Assembly: GCA_035289605.1 (NCBI GenBank)
Contig: DATDWR010000022.1
Coordinates: 45,295 to 109,294, forward strand
Direction of reading: 5' to 3'
From: Candidatus Nanoarchaeia archaeon
Lineage (GTDB): Archaea; Nanobdellota; Nanobdellia; SCGC-AAA011-G17; GW2011-AR18
DNA: 64,000 bases
Shown in pieces: positions 17,534 through 27,264 of this stretch. Within the stretch, counting starts at the first letter, position 1, and each line of letters opens with the position of its first letter. The position numbers and the translations under genes are program-made. The notes under the pieces were generated by a model that saw nothing but the letters and a program-made list of their open reading frames with translations, did no database searches and had not been told where the DNA came from.

Positions 17534-18175
17534 ATGTATCAGCAAGTAAACCCAAAAGAGCTGAAGGAAATTGAGAGTAATATAGCTAAAGGTATTAGCC
17601 TTAAAGATAGTTTTAGTTTTGTTAAGACAGTTGCCGCTTTTGATATAGCTTATTCAGAAAAGACTTACAAGTGTGTTGCAGTAGTTATAGATATTGAAAA
17701 CTTAAAGGAATTAGAAGTCAAGCACATAGAGGGAGAAGAAATAATGCCTTATTCTCCAAAGCTGGTAATTTTCAGAGAAGGTCCTGTAATTTTAGAGTCT
17801 TATAGAAGTTTATCCATAAAACCTGACATATTAATAGTTAAGGGTAATGGCTTTATGAAGAAAAGTTCCATAGGTTTGGCTAGTTATGTTGGTGTCTTGC
17901 TTAATAAGCCTGTTATTGGTGTTGCTAAAGAACTTGTTGCTGGCAGGCTTGATGAGGATAAGATTATTGCAAATAATGATGTTGTCGGCTTTGCCTTGAA
18001 GGCCAAGGAGTTTGCAAATCCTGTGTATATCACTCCAGGCCATAATATTTGTTTGGATTCAAGTGTTAAAATAATTAAGAAAGTTCTTTCTCCTTCATAC
18101 AAGCTTCCATTGCCTATGCACATGGCACATAAATATGTTAATAAAATAAAAAAAGAATATATACAAAAGATTTAA
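17534..18175 (+). CDS. nfi: Endonuclease V (deoxyinosine 3' endonuclease)
   Basis: 213 aa. …AAFDIAY… and …ILIVKGNGFMKKSSIGLASYVGVLLNKPVIGVAKE… match EndoV conserved blocks. Confidence 0.8.
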   Translation: MYQQVNPKELKEIESNIAKGISLKDSFSFVKTVAAFDIAYSEKTYKCVAVVIDIENLKELEVKHIEGEEIMPYSPKLVIFREGPVILESYRSLSIKPDILIVKGNGFMKKSSIGLASYVGVLLNKPVIGVAKELVAGRLDEDKIIANNDVVGFALKAKEFANPVYITPGHNICLDSSVKIIKKVLSPSYKLPLPMHMAHKYVNKIKKEYIQKI

Positions 18176-18179
18176 AATC

Positions 18180-18839
18180 TTGAAAGCTTTGGTAGTTTTT
18201 ATGAATTACTCTGTAAAAAAATTTGGGTTCTTGTCTTATTCAAATATAGAGATTATAGATATTACAAAGGCTTGGTTCGCAATTTCTGTGGCTTTTGGTA
18301 TAGTTCTCGGCGGGCTAAGTTCGCTTTTCTTCAAGGCTTTTATTATTTCTGCTGTTGCTGTAGGTCTTGGTTTTCTTCTTCATGAATTAAGCCACAAGGT
18401 TGTTGCTCAAAGGTATAAGTATAAGGCTGAGTTCAGAAGCTTTGATGAGATGCTGTTCCTGGCTGTTATCATGAGTTTTTTCGGCTTCGTTATTGCAGCG
18501 CCAGGAGCAGTAATGATTCAGGCATTTAAATATAATAATAAACATAATGGCATGATATCTGCTGCAGGTCCATTGACAAATATAATATTGGCATTATTGT
18601 TTTTAGCTGCTATGTTTTTAACAGGAAATTTTAGTTTATTGGATAAGCCTGTAGGAACTGTAGTTTCTCTTCCTATTTTTAGCTCTATTTTGCTTATTGG
18701 TTTTTTTGTTAACAGCTGGCTTGCTTTGTTCAACATGATTCCTGTTTGGCAGTTTGATGGTGCTAAGATTTTTAGGTGGAATAAAATAATTTATTTTTCA
18801 ATTGTTATTGTTTCTGCTTTCCTGGTTTTCGGCTTGTAA
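18180..18839 (+). CDS. Polytopic membrane protein with HExxH motif (possible M50/site-2-protease-like metalloprotease)
   Basis: 219 aa with about 6 TM helices. HELSH motif lies in a TM segment. Confidence 0.4.
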   Translation: MKALVVFMNYSVKKFGFLSYSNIEIIDITKAWFAISVAFGIVLGGLSSLFFKAFIISAVAVGLGFLLHELSHKVVAQRYKYKAEFRSFDEMLFLAVIMSFFGFVIAAPGAVMIQAFKYNNKHNGMISAAGPLTNIILALLFLAAMFLTGNFSLLDKPVGTVVSLPIFSSILLIGFFVNSWLALFNMIPVWQFDGAKIFRWNKIIYFSIVIVSAFLVFGL

Positions 18840-18862
18840 TTATAAAAAATATGTTTTGTGCT

Positions 18863-21800
18863 TCACTTTTTTAGTTTAACTCTATAATGTTTTTTTGCTT
18901 TTATTGCATCTAAATCTACATTGTATTTATTGTGCGCCAGTATAAGTGCTATCATTAGTAGTAACGCGCCGCTGGCAGTTATTAATGAATAGAATATTAA
19001 TTTTTTTGTGTTGAATCTTCCTCCTGCATATTCTTTCGTCTCTAGTTTGCTGTATTCAGTTTTTGTTTCTTCTTCAGCTGGCTCTTTTCTGCGTTCTATT
19101 CCTACCAAATATAAACTCAATTTGTCGCTTTGTGCTGTATATTTCAGATTTCCGTTTTCTTCTCCATTATAATTAGTTTTTTTAGCAACCCATTTGCTGC
19201 CTTCCAGCCTGAATAATTTTATGTCATTAGGGCTGGCTTTATTATTTGTTATAAACTTCTTTTCTACTAAGAAAACCATTTCTATATCCTTAGCTTCTAT
19301 AGGTTGTATTTGGTTGGTTTGTGATTTGACAGCAAGTATTTCAAATGCTTTGTAAACAATATAATTTTCACTTTCTACATTTTTTTTGATGACCTGCAAT
19401 TTTATTCCCTCTATGTCAATGGACGGTTTGAAGGAGATTTCCATGATGCCTAACTCCCTGTTTTCAGGCTTGTAATTTATTGTAGATCCTCTTTTCGCGT
19501 TTTCTATATTTAAGACATTGGAAGCAGGAGGTAATGATCCTCTTTGTCCTCCGCCTCCTGAGCTTCTTCCTCCGCCTCCTCCATTTCCTTCACTGCTTTT
19601 CGCAGCAGATGTTGAGGGCTCAAACAACCATTCAGTAGCGCACCCGCTGCTTGAAAAGCTAGTATCTATAGTCTCGACGCACCAGAAATATTTTTTGCTG
19701 TTGTCTAATCCCAATGTTATATTACGCATCTGTTGCATGTTGCCGAAGGTGCCTGCTGCTGGTTTGCTTGAAAAACCGAAAACTTCGCTGATCACATCTC
19801 TCGCGCCAGATGAGGATCCTATTCTTAGTCTGTAATACAATCCGTCATTAGGTGTTTCAGTGTCATTTCCTGAAGTCCAGCTGAAATTTATAATATTATC
19901 TGAGTGGTCTATGAAGAAAAGTTGAGGCCTGTTTGGTCTTGTATTCGTATTCTCAATTTTATTTGTGTAAACAAAAGATCTTGCTTGAGAGGAAGTGTTT
20001 CCTGTCAGTATCATGTCCAGCTTTGTGTCGTTGTTTAAATCCATCAATAAAAGCACTGAAAAGTCCAGTGCTGTTAAATTATTGTTTAATGAGCTGTTTG
20101 AAGCAAAGCTTGTGCCGTTGTTTGTGTAAATTTTGGTGATTATGTCTGTGCCTGAACAGCTGGATCCTGTGTTGCATCCTGCTACAGCAAGATCAAGTTT
20201 GCCGTCATTGTTTACGTCGCCCAATTGTGCTTCTCCTCTGGCTGCAGTGTCAAGATCAACTTCCCATGTGGTGTTTCTTACAAAGCCGCTTCCGTTATTC
20301 TGGTAAATAATTCTGAATACAGTTCCGTTGTAGCCGTACCATGCAAGGTCCATGTCCCTGTCATTGTCTATGTCTCCGGATGCTATTGATGCCAATGCTG
20401 ATACAAAATTAACGCTCCATGTGCTGTTTGTCACATAGCTTGTTCCGTTGTTTTCATAAAACTGAGAGAATGGTCCCGAACCGCAATTAGTTGATTCATC
20501 ATTTGTTGATGGGCATCCTGACATGACTAAGTCTAAGTCATTGTCGTTGTCAGCATCTGTAAAAATGCTTGACCCGAATGCAAGGAATGTTATATTATTT
20601 GAGTAAGTATTGTTATAAATGAAAGAAGTTCCGTTGTTTGTGTAAACACCGCCGCTGGAGCTTGGGCAGGAAGTTGAGTTGCATCCTGTAATAAATAAGT
20701 CTATTAGTCCGTCTTCATTGATGTATCCTAATTGCACATTGCCTAAATACAAGTCTGTAGCATTCATTCCCCAGACTCTGTCTTCTGCAAAGCTTGTGCC
20801 GTTGTTAAGGAATACTTGTGTGTATATTGTTTTGTTTGCATCTCTTCCCATAGCAACAAGGTCTGTGTCTCCGTCCCTGTCTATGTCAGCTAACGCTCCT
20901 GAAGGTTGCCCGAGACCAGTTAGGTTTATCCCCCAGCTGTTGTTGACAGCGAGTGCAGTTCCATTATTGATGAACACCTTTCCGAAGCAGTCAGCGCTTC
21001 TGTTTACAGCATAGTCTGTGCAGCTGGAGCTGTCTCCAAAGATTATGACATCATTATAGCTGTCATTGTTTACATCGCCTCCTATTATTGCTCCCTTGAA
21101 TAATGCTGTTAGATTGTCTCCGAACGTGAAATTTTGCAGGAAGAATATATTTATTATGCTTGTAGTTATGTTGATGCTGCTGTTGGCCAGCGCATCGTTG
21201 CTTATGTTTACTCTGATTCCTGCTGTATAGTTTCCTATGGACTTGCTTGCTACTTGTAGTGTTGTCTCAAAGCTTGTTCCCCTTCCGGCAATGTTCCTTA
21301 TTGTAAAATTTGTGCTTGTATCATTAAACATTGCTGTGTCAGCGTTGTTGAAGTTAAATACGTAAACTGTTATGTTTTCTGTCTGGTTTCCGTCTCCGTC
21401 ATTTCTTATGGTTATTGTATAGCTCGTATTTGTGTCTGAATCTATAGTTTTATCAAACAAGTTGGTGCTCACGTTTAATTCTTTTAAATTCAGCAGGCTG
21501 ATCCTGGGCAGGTAGTCATTGGTCACGTTTTTGGCTGTGGTGTTTGTTACATTTACAGGTATGTCGCAGAAATCATTAGTGTTTATATCTAAGCATCCTT
21601 CTATCGGCCTGTCAAATTCCTGCCATAAGTTTCCTCCGCCTTCAGATGATGATGTGTTCCAGCTGTTGTTAAATCCGTCATCTATTATATTGCTTTTGTT
21701 TGTGAAGTTGTTCATGAATATCAGGCTGTTGTTTGTTCCCTTGTCCAAAGTTATAGTGTACCCAAAACATTTGGAAAATGTGTTATTATACATTCTGTTT

Positions 21801-23926
21801 TGTAGTGATCCTTGGCCTGCTATGCAGTCCCCGCCTCCATCGCCTGTGATATTTACATATATAGTATTAAGATAAATGCTGTTATTGTTTGCATTCTGTA
21901 TTTTTATTGCATCGCCTCCTCCTGAAAGCTTGTCTGAATTTGTCATTGTTATATTATTGTTGAAAAGAGAATTATTATTTGAATCTTGAAGCCATACGCC
22001 TATGTCTGTTCCATTAACCCCTATAATATTAGAAATTATATAAGTGTTATTAGAGCCTGTCTGCAGGTATATAGCGTGGCTCGTATTGTCTGTTCCGTTT
22101 ATTTTGTTGAATGTTATGTTATTATATAATGCCTGGCTTGTTGTAATTGCGTAAAAGCGTCCAGACTTTAGTCCTGTTGATATGCTGAAGTTATTGTTGT
22201 TTATTACTGTAAAGCTGGTGTTGCTTACTAGTTCTATAGCTGCCAGGCCTGTACTGCTGGAAGTATACCTTGTTATGTTAAAGAGATTGAAGCTGATATT
22301 AACATTTCTTGAGTTGGAGATGGATGCTATTCCGTATAATATATTGTTGTAAACTAAGTTATTGTCTGCCCTGTTTTGCATTCTTATGGTTATGTTGTTG
22401 CTGTCTATCATATCTATGGTGTTGTTCTCTGCAGTGATATTTCTAGAACCGTCTATGTCTATTCCTAGTCCTTTTCCTGCTATTGTATTGTTTGATATTG
22501 TTATGTTGGATCCGCTGACTTCTATGGCGCTGTCTGCTGTTGTTATTAGTGTTGACATGTTTATCACGTTGTATCTTAGCAGGCTGTTGTTCATGGCTGG
22601 TGATATAATCACTCCATTGGTATTGTCTCTTGTGACTATTAGTGTGTTGTTCTCAAAAGTGTGGTTTGTTCCTGATACAAACCTTACAAGATATCCTCCT
22701 GAAGGGTCTGAATTCGTGCTGAATATCTTATTATGCTTCATGACGCTGTGGTTGTTGTCTATTGATATGCCACTGGTGGTTGTTCCTGATGTTCCTGAGC
22801 CTATAGATGTAAAATTGGAGTTTACAGCATTAAATGTCGTGTTGGGATTTACTTCTATATAATAATTTTTAGTTCCGTCAGCTGTTAATGATGTCAATCT
22901 ACTGTAATTTATGCTTAGGTTGCCGTAATTTTGCAGGTAAAATTCTCCTGTGCTTGAGCTGTTGAAGTTTAATGACACATTGTAGATATTTAGTTCTCCT
23001 CCTGCTATGACTTTTATTATTGCTGTGGATATTACGAATCCTGTGGCATTGTCATAATTAAAAAATCTCGTGTTGTTGATTTCATTGTGTAGTGTCTGCA
23101 TTGTATTTCCTTTGCCTGTTACCTCTATTGTGCTTCCTGACAGGACACTCGGGTCTATTGTTACTGGAAATGAGAGTTGTTCAAACGGCGTGTCAATGAA
23201 CAGGTCAAGAAATAAGCCGTTCTCATTGGACCTGATTGCATATCTTGTATCTACTCTTCTTGGTGCTAGAACATATTGTATTATATCTCCTGATGAATTA
23301 GTTGTATTTATGGTATAGTTGTCATATCCGTATGGCTTGACTATTTCTAATGCCCTGATGTTTCCTATGCTTGTTCTTAAAACAACAGAGCCATGAGAAG
23401 ATGTATAGTTCAATGTATTTGTAACAATTTTGAAAGTAAAATTTCTAGGTGCTGTTCCATTGTGTAATGTTATTGTTTTTCTTATGCCGTATGGCAGAAC
23501 TTCATATTTTATGTCTGTGGCATTATAGGCATTATAGTAAGTTATTGTATTGTCTGTAACGTTTACACTAGTGATATTGTTATTGTTTATGAACTGCATT
23601 GTGATATTTCTTGAGGTTGATAATACTATTGCCTTTATTGTAAAGAATGATTCGTTCACGTCAACAGAGTCATCAAAATCCAGCGACAAAAATCTGCCCA
23701 GGCTGGCATTATAATTCATAATGCCTCCAGCTGATAATGTGGTATTGGCAGTTGCAGCTCCGAATCCCTGATATAGCGTTGATTGGCCGTAAACTGTTAG
23801 AGTGCTTATGATTAAAAAAAATAGGAATAAGAGAGCTAGGTATATTAGTGATTTTTTGTTGTTTGCATTGGCTTTCGTATTGTCGCAGTGCATTCCGCCT
23901 TTTTGATTTTTTATTTTCTTGCTCAT
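18863..23926 (-). CDS. Giant cell-surface glycoprotein SP3: signal anchor, beta-helix repeats, FG-GAP (integrin-alpha-like) repeats, Gly-rich linker, C-terminal TM anchor
   Basis: 1687 aa. N-terminal TM LIYLALLFLFFLIISTLTVYG. Very dense N-x-S/T sequons. Repeated DxDxDGxxD FG-GAP-like units (DIDRDGDTDLV, DADNDNDLDLV, DIDNDRDMDLA, DVNNDGKLDLA). Gly-rich linker GNGGGGGRSSGGGGQRG. C-terminal helix LITASGALLLMIALILA followed by a basic tail. Confidence 0.7.
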   Translation of the reverse strand: MSKKIKNQKGGMHCDNTKANANNKKSLIYLALLFLFFLIISTLTVYGQSTLYQGFGAATANTTLSAGGIMNYNASLGRFLSLDFDDSVDVNESFFTIKAIVLSTSRNITMQFINNNNITSVNVTDNTITYYNAYNATDIKYEVLPYGIRKTITLHNGTAPRNFTFKIVTNTLNYTSSHGSVVLRTSIGNIRALEIVKPYGYDNYTINTTNSSGDIIQYVLAPRRVDTRYAIRSNENGLFLDLFIDTPFEQLSFPVTIDPSVLSGSTIEVTGKGNTMQTLHNEINNTRFFNYDNATGFVISTAIIKVIAGGELNIYNVSLNFNSSSTGEFYLQNYGNLSINYSRLTSLTADGTKNYYIEVNPNTTFNAVNSNFTSIGSGTSGTTTSGISIDNNHSVMKHNKIFSTNSDPSGGYLVRFVSGTNHTFENNTLIVTRDNTNGVIISPAMNNSLLRYNVINMSTLITTADSAIEVSGSNITISNNTIAGKGLGIDIDGSRNITAENNTIDMIDSNNITIRMQNRADNNLVYNNILYGIASISNSRNVNISFNLFNITRYTSSSTGLAAIELVSNTSFTVINNNNFSISTGLKSGRFYAITTSQALYNNITFNKINGTDNTSHAIYLQTGSNNTYIISNIIGVNGTDIGVWLQDSNNNSLFNNNITMTNSDKLSGGGDAIKIQNANNNSIYLNTIYVNITGDGGGDCIAGQGSLQNRMYNNTFSKCFGYTITLDKGTNNSLIFMNNFTNKSNIIDDGFNNSWNTSSSEGGGNLWQEFDRPIEGCLDINTNDFCDIPVNVTNTTAKNVTNDYLPRISLLNLKELNVSTNLFDKTIDSDTNTSYTITIRNDGDGNQTENITVYVFNFNNADTAMFNDTSTNFTIRNIAGRGTSFETTLQVASKSIGNYTAGIRVNISNDALANSSINITTSIINIFFLQNFTFGDNLTALFKGAIIGGDVNNDSYNDVIIFGDSSSCTDYAVNRSADCFGKVFINNGTALAVNNSWGINLTGLGQPSGALADIDRDGDTDLVAMGRDANKTIYTQVFLNNGTSFAEDRVWGMNATDLYLGNVQLGYINEDGLIDLFITGCNSTSCPSSSGGVYTNNGTSFIYNNTYSNNITFLAFGSSIFTDADNDNDLDLVMSGCPSTNDESTNCGSGPFSQFYENNGTSYVTNSTWSVNFVSALASIASGDIDNDRDMDLAWYGYNGTVFRIIYQNNGSGFVRNTTWEVDLDTAARGEAQLGDVNNDGKLDLAVAGCNTGSSCSGTDIITKIYTNNGTSFASNSSLNNNLTALDFSVLLLMDLNNDTKLDMILTGNTSSQARSFVYTNKIENTNTRPNRPQLFFIDHSDNIINFSWTSGNDTETPNDGLYYRLRIGSSSGARDVISEVFGFSSKPAAGTFGNMQQMRNITLGLDNSKKYFWCVETIDTSFSSSGCATEWLFEPSTSAAKSSEGNGGGGGRSSGGGGQRGSLPPASNVLNIENAKRGSTINYKPENRELGIMEISFKPSIDIEGIKLQVIKKNVESENYIVYKAFEILAVKSQTNQIQPIEAKDIEMVFLVEKKFITNNKASPNDIKLFRLEGSKWVAKKTNYNGEENGNLKYTAQSDKLSLYLVGIERRKEPAEEETKTEYSKLETKEYAGGRFNTKKLIFYSLITASGALLLMIALILAHNKYNVDLDAIKAKKHYRVKLKK

Positions 23927-23938
23927 GTTTTTAGTGTT

Positions 23939-24085
23939 CTTTCACTTTCTTTTTCTTAGCTTGTTCCAGTAAGGACTCTTGCATTTCGGGCAGACTGTAG
24001 GTTCTTTGGATATGTTGTGCGGAACCCACTTGTGGCTGCATCTTTCGCAGAGAAATCCTTCTATTTTTATGAAAACCTTTGTCAT
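23939..24085 (-). CDS. Small C4 zinc-ribbon protein immediately upstream of SP3
   Basis: 48-aa ORF MTKVFIKIEGFLCERCSHKWVPHNISKEPTVCPKCKSPYWNKLRKRK with CxxC…CxxC. Not in the supplied ORF track. Lies 12 nt upstream of the SP3 start. Confidence 0.3.
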
Positions 24086-24197
24086 AGCTATTATTTTCTT
24101 ACTTTTATAGTATATTAATGTTTTGTATATTATTATAAAAGTATATAATGATAAAAAACCAAAAGTATAAAAACATGATATCTCAATAAGATTTTTA

Positions 24198-24698
24198 ATG
24201 ATAAATAAAGAGCAGAGAGTTGGCGTATTTGTAGATGTGCAGAACCTTTACTATTCTGCAAGGGCTTTGTATAATGCTAAGGTGAATTTCAAGGAAATGC
24301 TTAAGGAGGCAGTAAGGGGAAGAAAGCTTGTCAGGGCAATAGCTTATGGTGTCAAGGCAAATGAGAAAGATGAAGTGCTTTTTCATAAGGCTTTGGATGA
24401 GATAGGTTTTGAAGTTAAGCTAAAAGACTTGCAGGTTTTTTATGGCGGAGCTAAGAAGGGGGACTGGGATGTTGGCATTGCTATAGATGCTATAGAGTTG
24501 GCTCCTAAGCTTGATGTTGCAGTGCTCGTAAGTGGTGATGGTGATTATGTTCCGCTGGTTGAGCATCTTAAGCGTGCTCTTGGCTGTCGCGTGGAGGTTA
24601 TGGCCTTCGGAAGAAGCTGCAGCGGAAAATTGATAGATTCTGCTGACCAGTTCAGTGACATGGATCACAATAAAAAATATATTTTATCTAAAAAATAA
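24198..24698 (+). CDS. NYN-domain (LabA-like) protein
   Basis: 166 aa. …VGVFVDVQNLYYSA… and …VLVSGDGDYVPLVEHLK… match NYN/LabA nuclease-fold motifs. Confidence 0.7.
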   Translation: MINKEQRVGVFVDVQNLYYSARALYNAKVNFKEMLKEAVRGRKLVRAIAYGVKANEKDEVLFHKALDEIGFEVKLKDLQVFYGGAKKGDWDVGIAIDAIELAPKLDVAVLVSGDGDYVPLVEHLKRALGCRVEVMAFGRSCSGKLIDSADQFSDMDHNKKYILSKK

Positions 24699-24704
24699 AA
24701 TTTT

Positions 24705-25157
24705 ATGCCTCATGAAAGATCATTCGGAAGTGTGATAATAAGAAAAGAAGGAAATAATGTTTTTTATCTTCTTCTTTATAGAAAATCTCATGGCAATTAC
24801 AAAGAATCGTGGGACTTTCCTCGTGGCTTGATTGAAAAGGATGAGAATCCTGAAGATACAGTAAAAAGAGAAGTCAAAGAGGAAACAGGATTAACCAATT
24901 TGAAATTTATAAAAGGCTTTAAGGAAACTATTAAGTGGTTTTACAGAAAAGATGGAATGCTTATAAGCAAAGAAGCTACTTACTTTCTCGCAGAGACTAG
25001 CAGCAAGGAAATAAAATTAAGCAAAGAGCATGATGGTTATAGGTGGTGCATCTATGAAGAAGCTTTAAAATTGATTAAATTTGAGAATACTAGGAACATT
25101 CTTAATAAGGCAAGGGAATTTCTGGCTAATTCCTTATTTTTCTATTGCTGGCTTTAG
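24705..25157 (+). CDS. Nudix hydrolase
   Basis: 150 aa. Nudix box …GLIEKDENPEDTVKREVKEETGL…. Confidence 0.8.
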   Translation: MPHERSFGSVIIRKEGNNVFYLLLYRKSHGNYKESWDFPRGLIEKDENPEDTVKREVKEETGLTNLKFIKGFKETIKWFYRKDGMLISKEATYFLAETSSKEIKLSKEHDGYRWCIYEEALKLIKFENTRNILNKAREFLANSLFFYCWL

Positions 25158-25761
25158 GCTTATTTGCTTCTTTTTGTTTAAAATATTCTATTTCAGCTTG
25201 ATTAGTTAAGCGTTTTATTTGTGCAGCTTGTGCTGAAGAATAAACAAGTTGTCCTGTTGGTGATCTCATGGTTTGTATTCCTTCCTCTTCAGCTAGCCTT
25301 TGCATAAAGTCTTTTATTTGCGTTGCAGGTATTTTTTCTCCTGCAATTATTAGGCTGGTTATTAGCTCATCTGCGAGGTAATAAGTTTCTTCGCCGTCTC
25401 TGGCAGTATATTTTTCTGGATCAATTCCAGGATAATCAGCTCTTAAGTCCTCAGCTGTTTTGAATTCTTTGTCATAATATAATTGTCTGAGTGCTTTTCT
25501 CAATTTTGCTCCCAGCCTGCATCTCATCTCTCTTGATAAATCTTCAAGCCCTGATCTGGTGAAATATATATTGGATGCGCCGTTATTTCTGAACACATAG
25601 CCTGTTAATATATTATTTCTCACGCCGTTATCAACATCATCTGCAGCAATTACTTCTCCAGACAGTTGGTCCAGCCTGATATAAAGTTCAGTAGCTATTA
25701 ATTCTAGCGTTGGCTCATCCCCAGCTGTTCCATTAGACTTGTTTTTCATAAATTTTGTCAT
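25126..25761 (-). CDS. Hypothetical protein (composition atypical: G/A/D/R-rich)
   Basis: 211-aa ORF with no recognisable motif. Confidence 0.3.
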   Translation of the reverse strand: MTKFMKNKSNGTAGDEPTLELIATELYIRLDQLSGEVIAADDVDNGVRNNILTGYVFRNNGASNIYFTRSGLEDLSREMRCRLGAKLRKALRQLYYDKEFKTAEDLRADYPGIDPEKYTARDGEETYYLADELITSLIIAGEKIPATQIKDFMQRLAEEEGIQTMRSPTGQLVYSSAQAAQIKRLTNQAEIEYFKQKEANKPKASNRKIRN

Positions 25762-26079
25762 TCAAAAAAATATTTAAAGGTTATAGTTTATTTTTTAGTA
25801 TAGATGCAAAATTCAAAAATTTAAACCAAGTTTTCTGTAAACTTTATGTTTTATTTTGGGATAATTTTATAAAGACTGAAATAAATAAGATTATGTGGTA
25901 AATGATGAAAAAATAGGTTTCCATAAGGGTTGCCTCACTACTTTAAGCAAGGAAAGGGAAGAATTGCTGAAATTGGTGAACATTACTGAGCAGCTTATGG
26001 GTCTGCACTTGAATGCCTTGAAGGAATTGGGTATTGATTTGGAAAAGGAAGGCAAAAATACAGCTGAGGTAAAGCAAAA

Positions 26080-26250
26080 ATGATTGAATTAATAGATAAT
26101 AAAATTTTTATTGCTGCATCATTATTTATTGGAAGTTTTATAATATTTAAGTTTCTTACAAGAAAGAATAAAGATTTAATTAAGTTGGAAGTTGAGTACA
26201 ATGAAATTATTAATTCCGACAAACACAAAGTCAAGGGTCAGTATGATTAA
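26080..26250 (+). CDS. Small single-TM protein (56 aa)
   Basis: MIELIDNKIFIAASLFIGSFIIFKFLTRKNK…. Start overlaps the stop of the preceding small ORF (ATGA). Confidence 0.25.
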   Translation: MIELIDNKIFIAASLFIGSFIIFKFLTRKNKDLIKLEVEYNEIINSDKHKVKGQYD

Positions 26251-26292
26251 GCTGTAGAAAGGTTTAAAAATATTGTTTACTGCTCAATTGAT

Positions 26293-26490
26293 ATGATTAT
26301 TCCAATATGTTGTCTGGGCTGCGGCAAACCAGTAGCTCATTTATATGAGGATTTTAAAGATAGAACTTCTAAAGGAGAGCATCCTAAGAAAGTAATGGAT
26401 GAATTGGGTTTGGAAAGGTATTGTTGCAGGGCTTTGTTTATGGGCCATGTTGATCTTCTTGATACTGTGGCTAAATTCAAGAAAGCATAA
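26293..26490 (+). CDS. rpoN: DNA-directed RNA polymerase subunit N (Rpb10 homologue)
   Basis: 65 aa. MIIPICCLGCGKP…LGLERYCCRALFMGHVDLL is the RpoN zinc-bundle signature. Confidence 0.85.
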   Translation: MIIPICCLGCGKPVAHLYEDFKDRTSKGEHPKKVMDELGLERYCCRALFMGHVDLLDTVAKFKKA

Positions 26491-26625
26491 TTTTTAAATT
26501 GTTTTATTTTCAAAGACTAGCAGTTCTGTTTACTAGAGATTATTAAATTATTTATTTTATTGTTACTGTTTCGCGGTTTTGTCGCAGATTAATCAGTTAA
26601 TTTTGATTGTCTAATTTTGTAGTTT

Positions 26626-26945
26626 CTACTTAAAGATAAAGAATGTTAATACAAAAATTACAATCCATATTACGAATGCTACTAAGGCCCAGTCTTTTTT
26701 CCTTAAAAACGAGGTTATAGCTAGACTTAGTGTTGCTATAATTAATGGTATTAATTTTATTGGGTCTGTCATCTTACATTAGCTCCTATTACTAATAAAA
26801 AGTTTCCGAAAGCAAAAATTACTTGTGCTATAACATTTGATGGATTGGAAACTAAAAATGGTAAAGACAAAACGATTATAGCTGTAGCTGTTAATCTTAA
26901 AATAAACCCAGTTGTCAAGTGTAAATCTCCTGCTTCGTTAACCAT
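26626..26945 (-). CDS. Two translationally coupled small hydrophobic ORFs (about 58 aa and 48 aa)
   Basis: 26769..26945 encodes MVNEAGDLHLTTGFILRLTATAIIVLSLPFLVSNPSNVIAQVIFAFGNFLLVIGANVR. 26626..26772 encodes MTDPIKLIPLIIATLSLAITSFLRKKDWALVAFVIWIVIFVLTFFIFK. They share a 4-nt ATGA overlap. Both lie in an otherwise empty 750-bp gap. Confidence 0.25.
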
Positions 26946-27078
26946 CTTATTAAATTAATAAATGACTAGCCGCCTTATAACATTTTCTAAATTTTAATTT
27001 TAGTTGATGAATGCGAAAGGTTTTACTAACTGACGAGTTTCTTGACAGAACCTATTTCTGTTAGCATAAAAGTTAATA

Positions 27079-27260
27079 TACTTACATAATAAGTATATAT
27101 TACTTACTTATTAAGTAGATAAAACATAATAATAAATATAAATACTTACATAATAAGTATATAATTTTTTAATTTAATTATATATAATATTAAATGATTA
27201 TTACTTACAAAATAAGTAAAATAGATAAATTTATATATAAAATTACTTACTTAATAAGTA
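27079..27260. promoter_or_regulatory. Array of five inverted-repeat operators TACTTAC-N3-(A/T)TAAGTA (6-5-6 palindrome TACTTA-N5-TAAGTA) plus TATA box upstream of HTH2
   Basis: Units at 27079-27095, 27101-27117, 27143-27159, 27202-27218 and 27244-27260. TTTATATATA sits at about -35 to -26 from the ATG. The last unit lies between the TATA box and the start codon. Confidence 0.5.
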
Positions 27261-27264
27261 AAAA

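Noticed and set aside
19518-22862. Several 100-170-aa ORFs on the plus strand inside the 1687-aa surface-protein gene (19518..19835, 20679..21014, 21519..21875, 22362..22862)
   Set aside because: They are antisense shadows of a long, compositionally biased gene. There are no start contexts or motifs. Similar antisense ORFs occur inside gltX (36892..37497) and cysS (52710..53811).
25895-26083. 62-aa ORF MVNDEKIGFHKGCL…
   Set aside because: Plausible small gene, since its stop is coupled to the next small TM ORF by ATGA. But it has no motif and an ambiguous start, so it is not called confidently.
27079-27260. Possible CRISPR array, considered because of the five regularly recurring about 17-bp repeats
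   Set aside because: Units are palindromic, only 17 bp long and irregularly spaced (22-59 bp). They have no unique spacers of constant length and lie directly at a promoter with a TATA box. They were called as operator sites instead.
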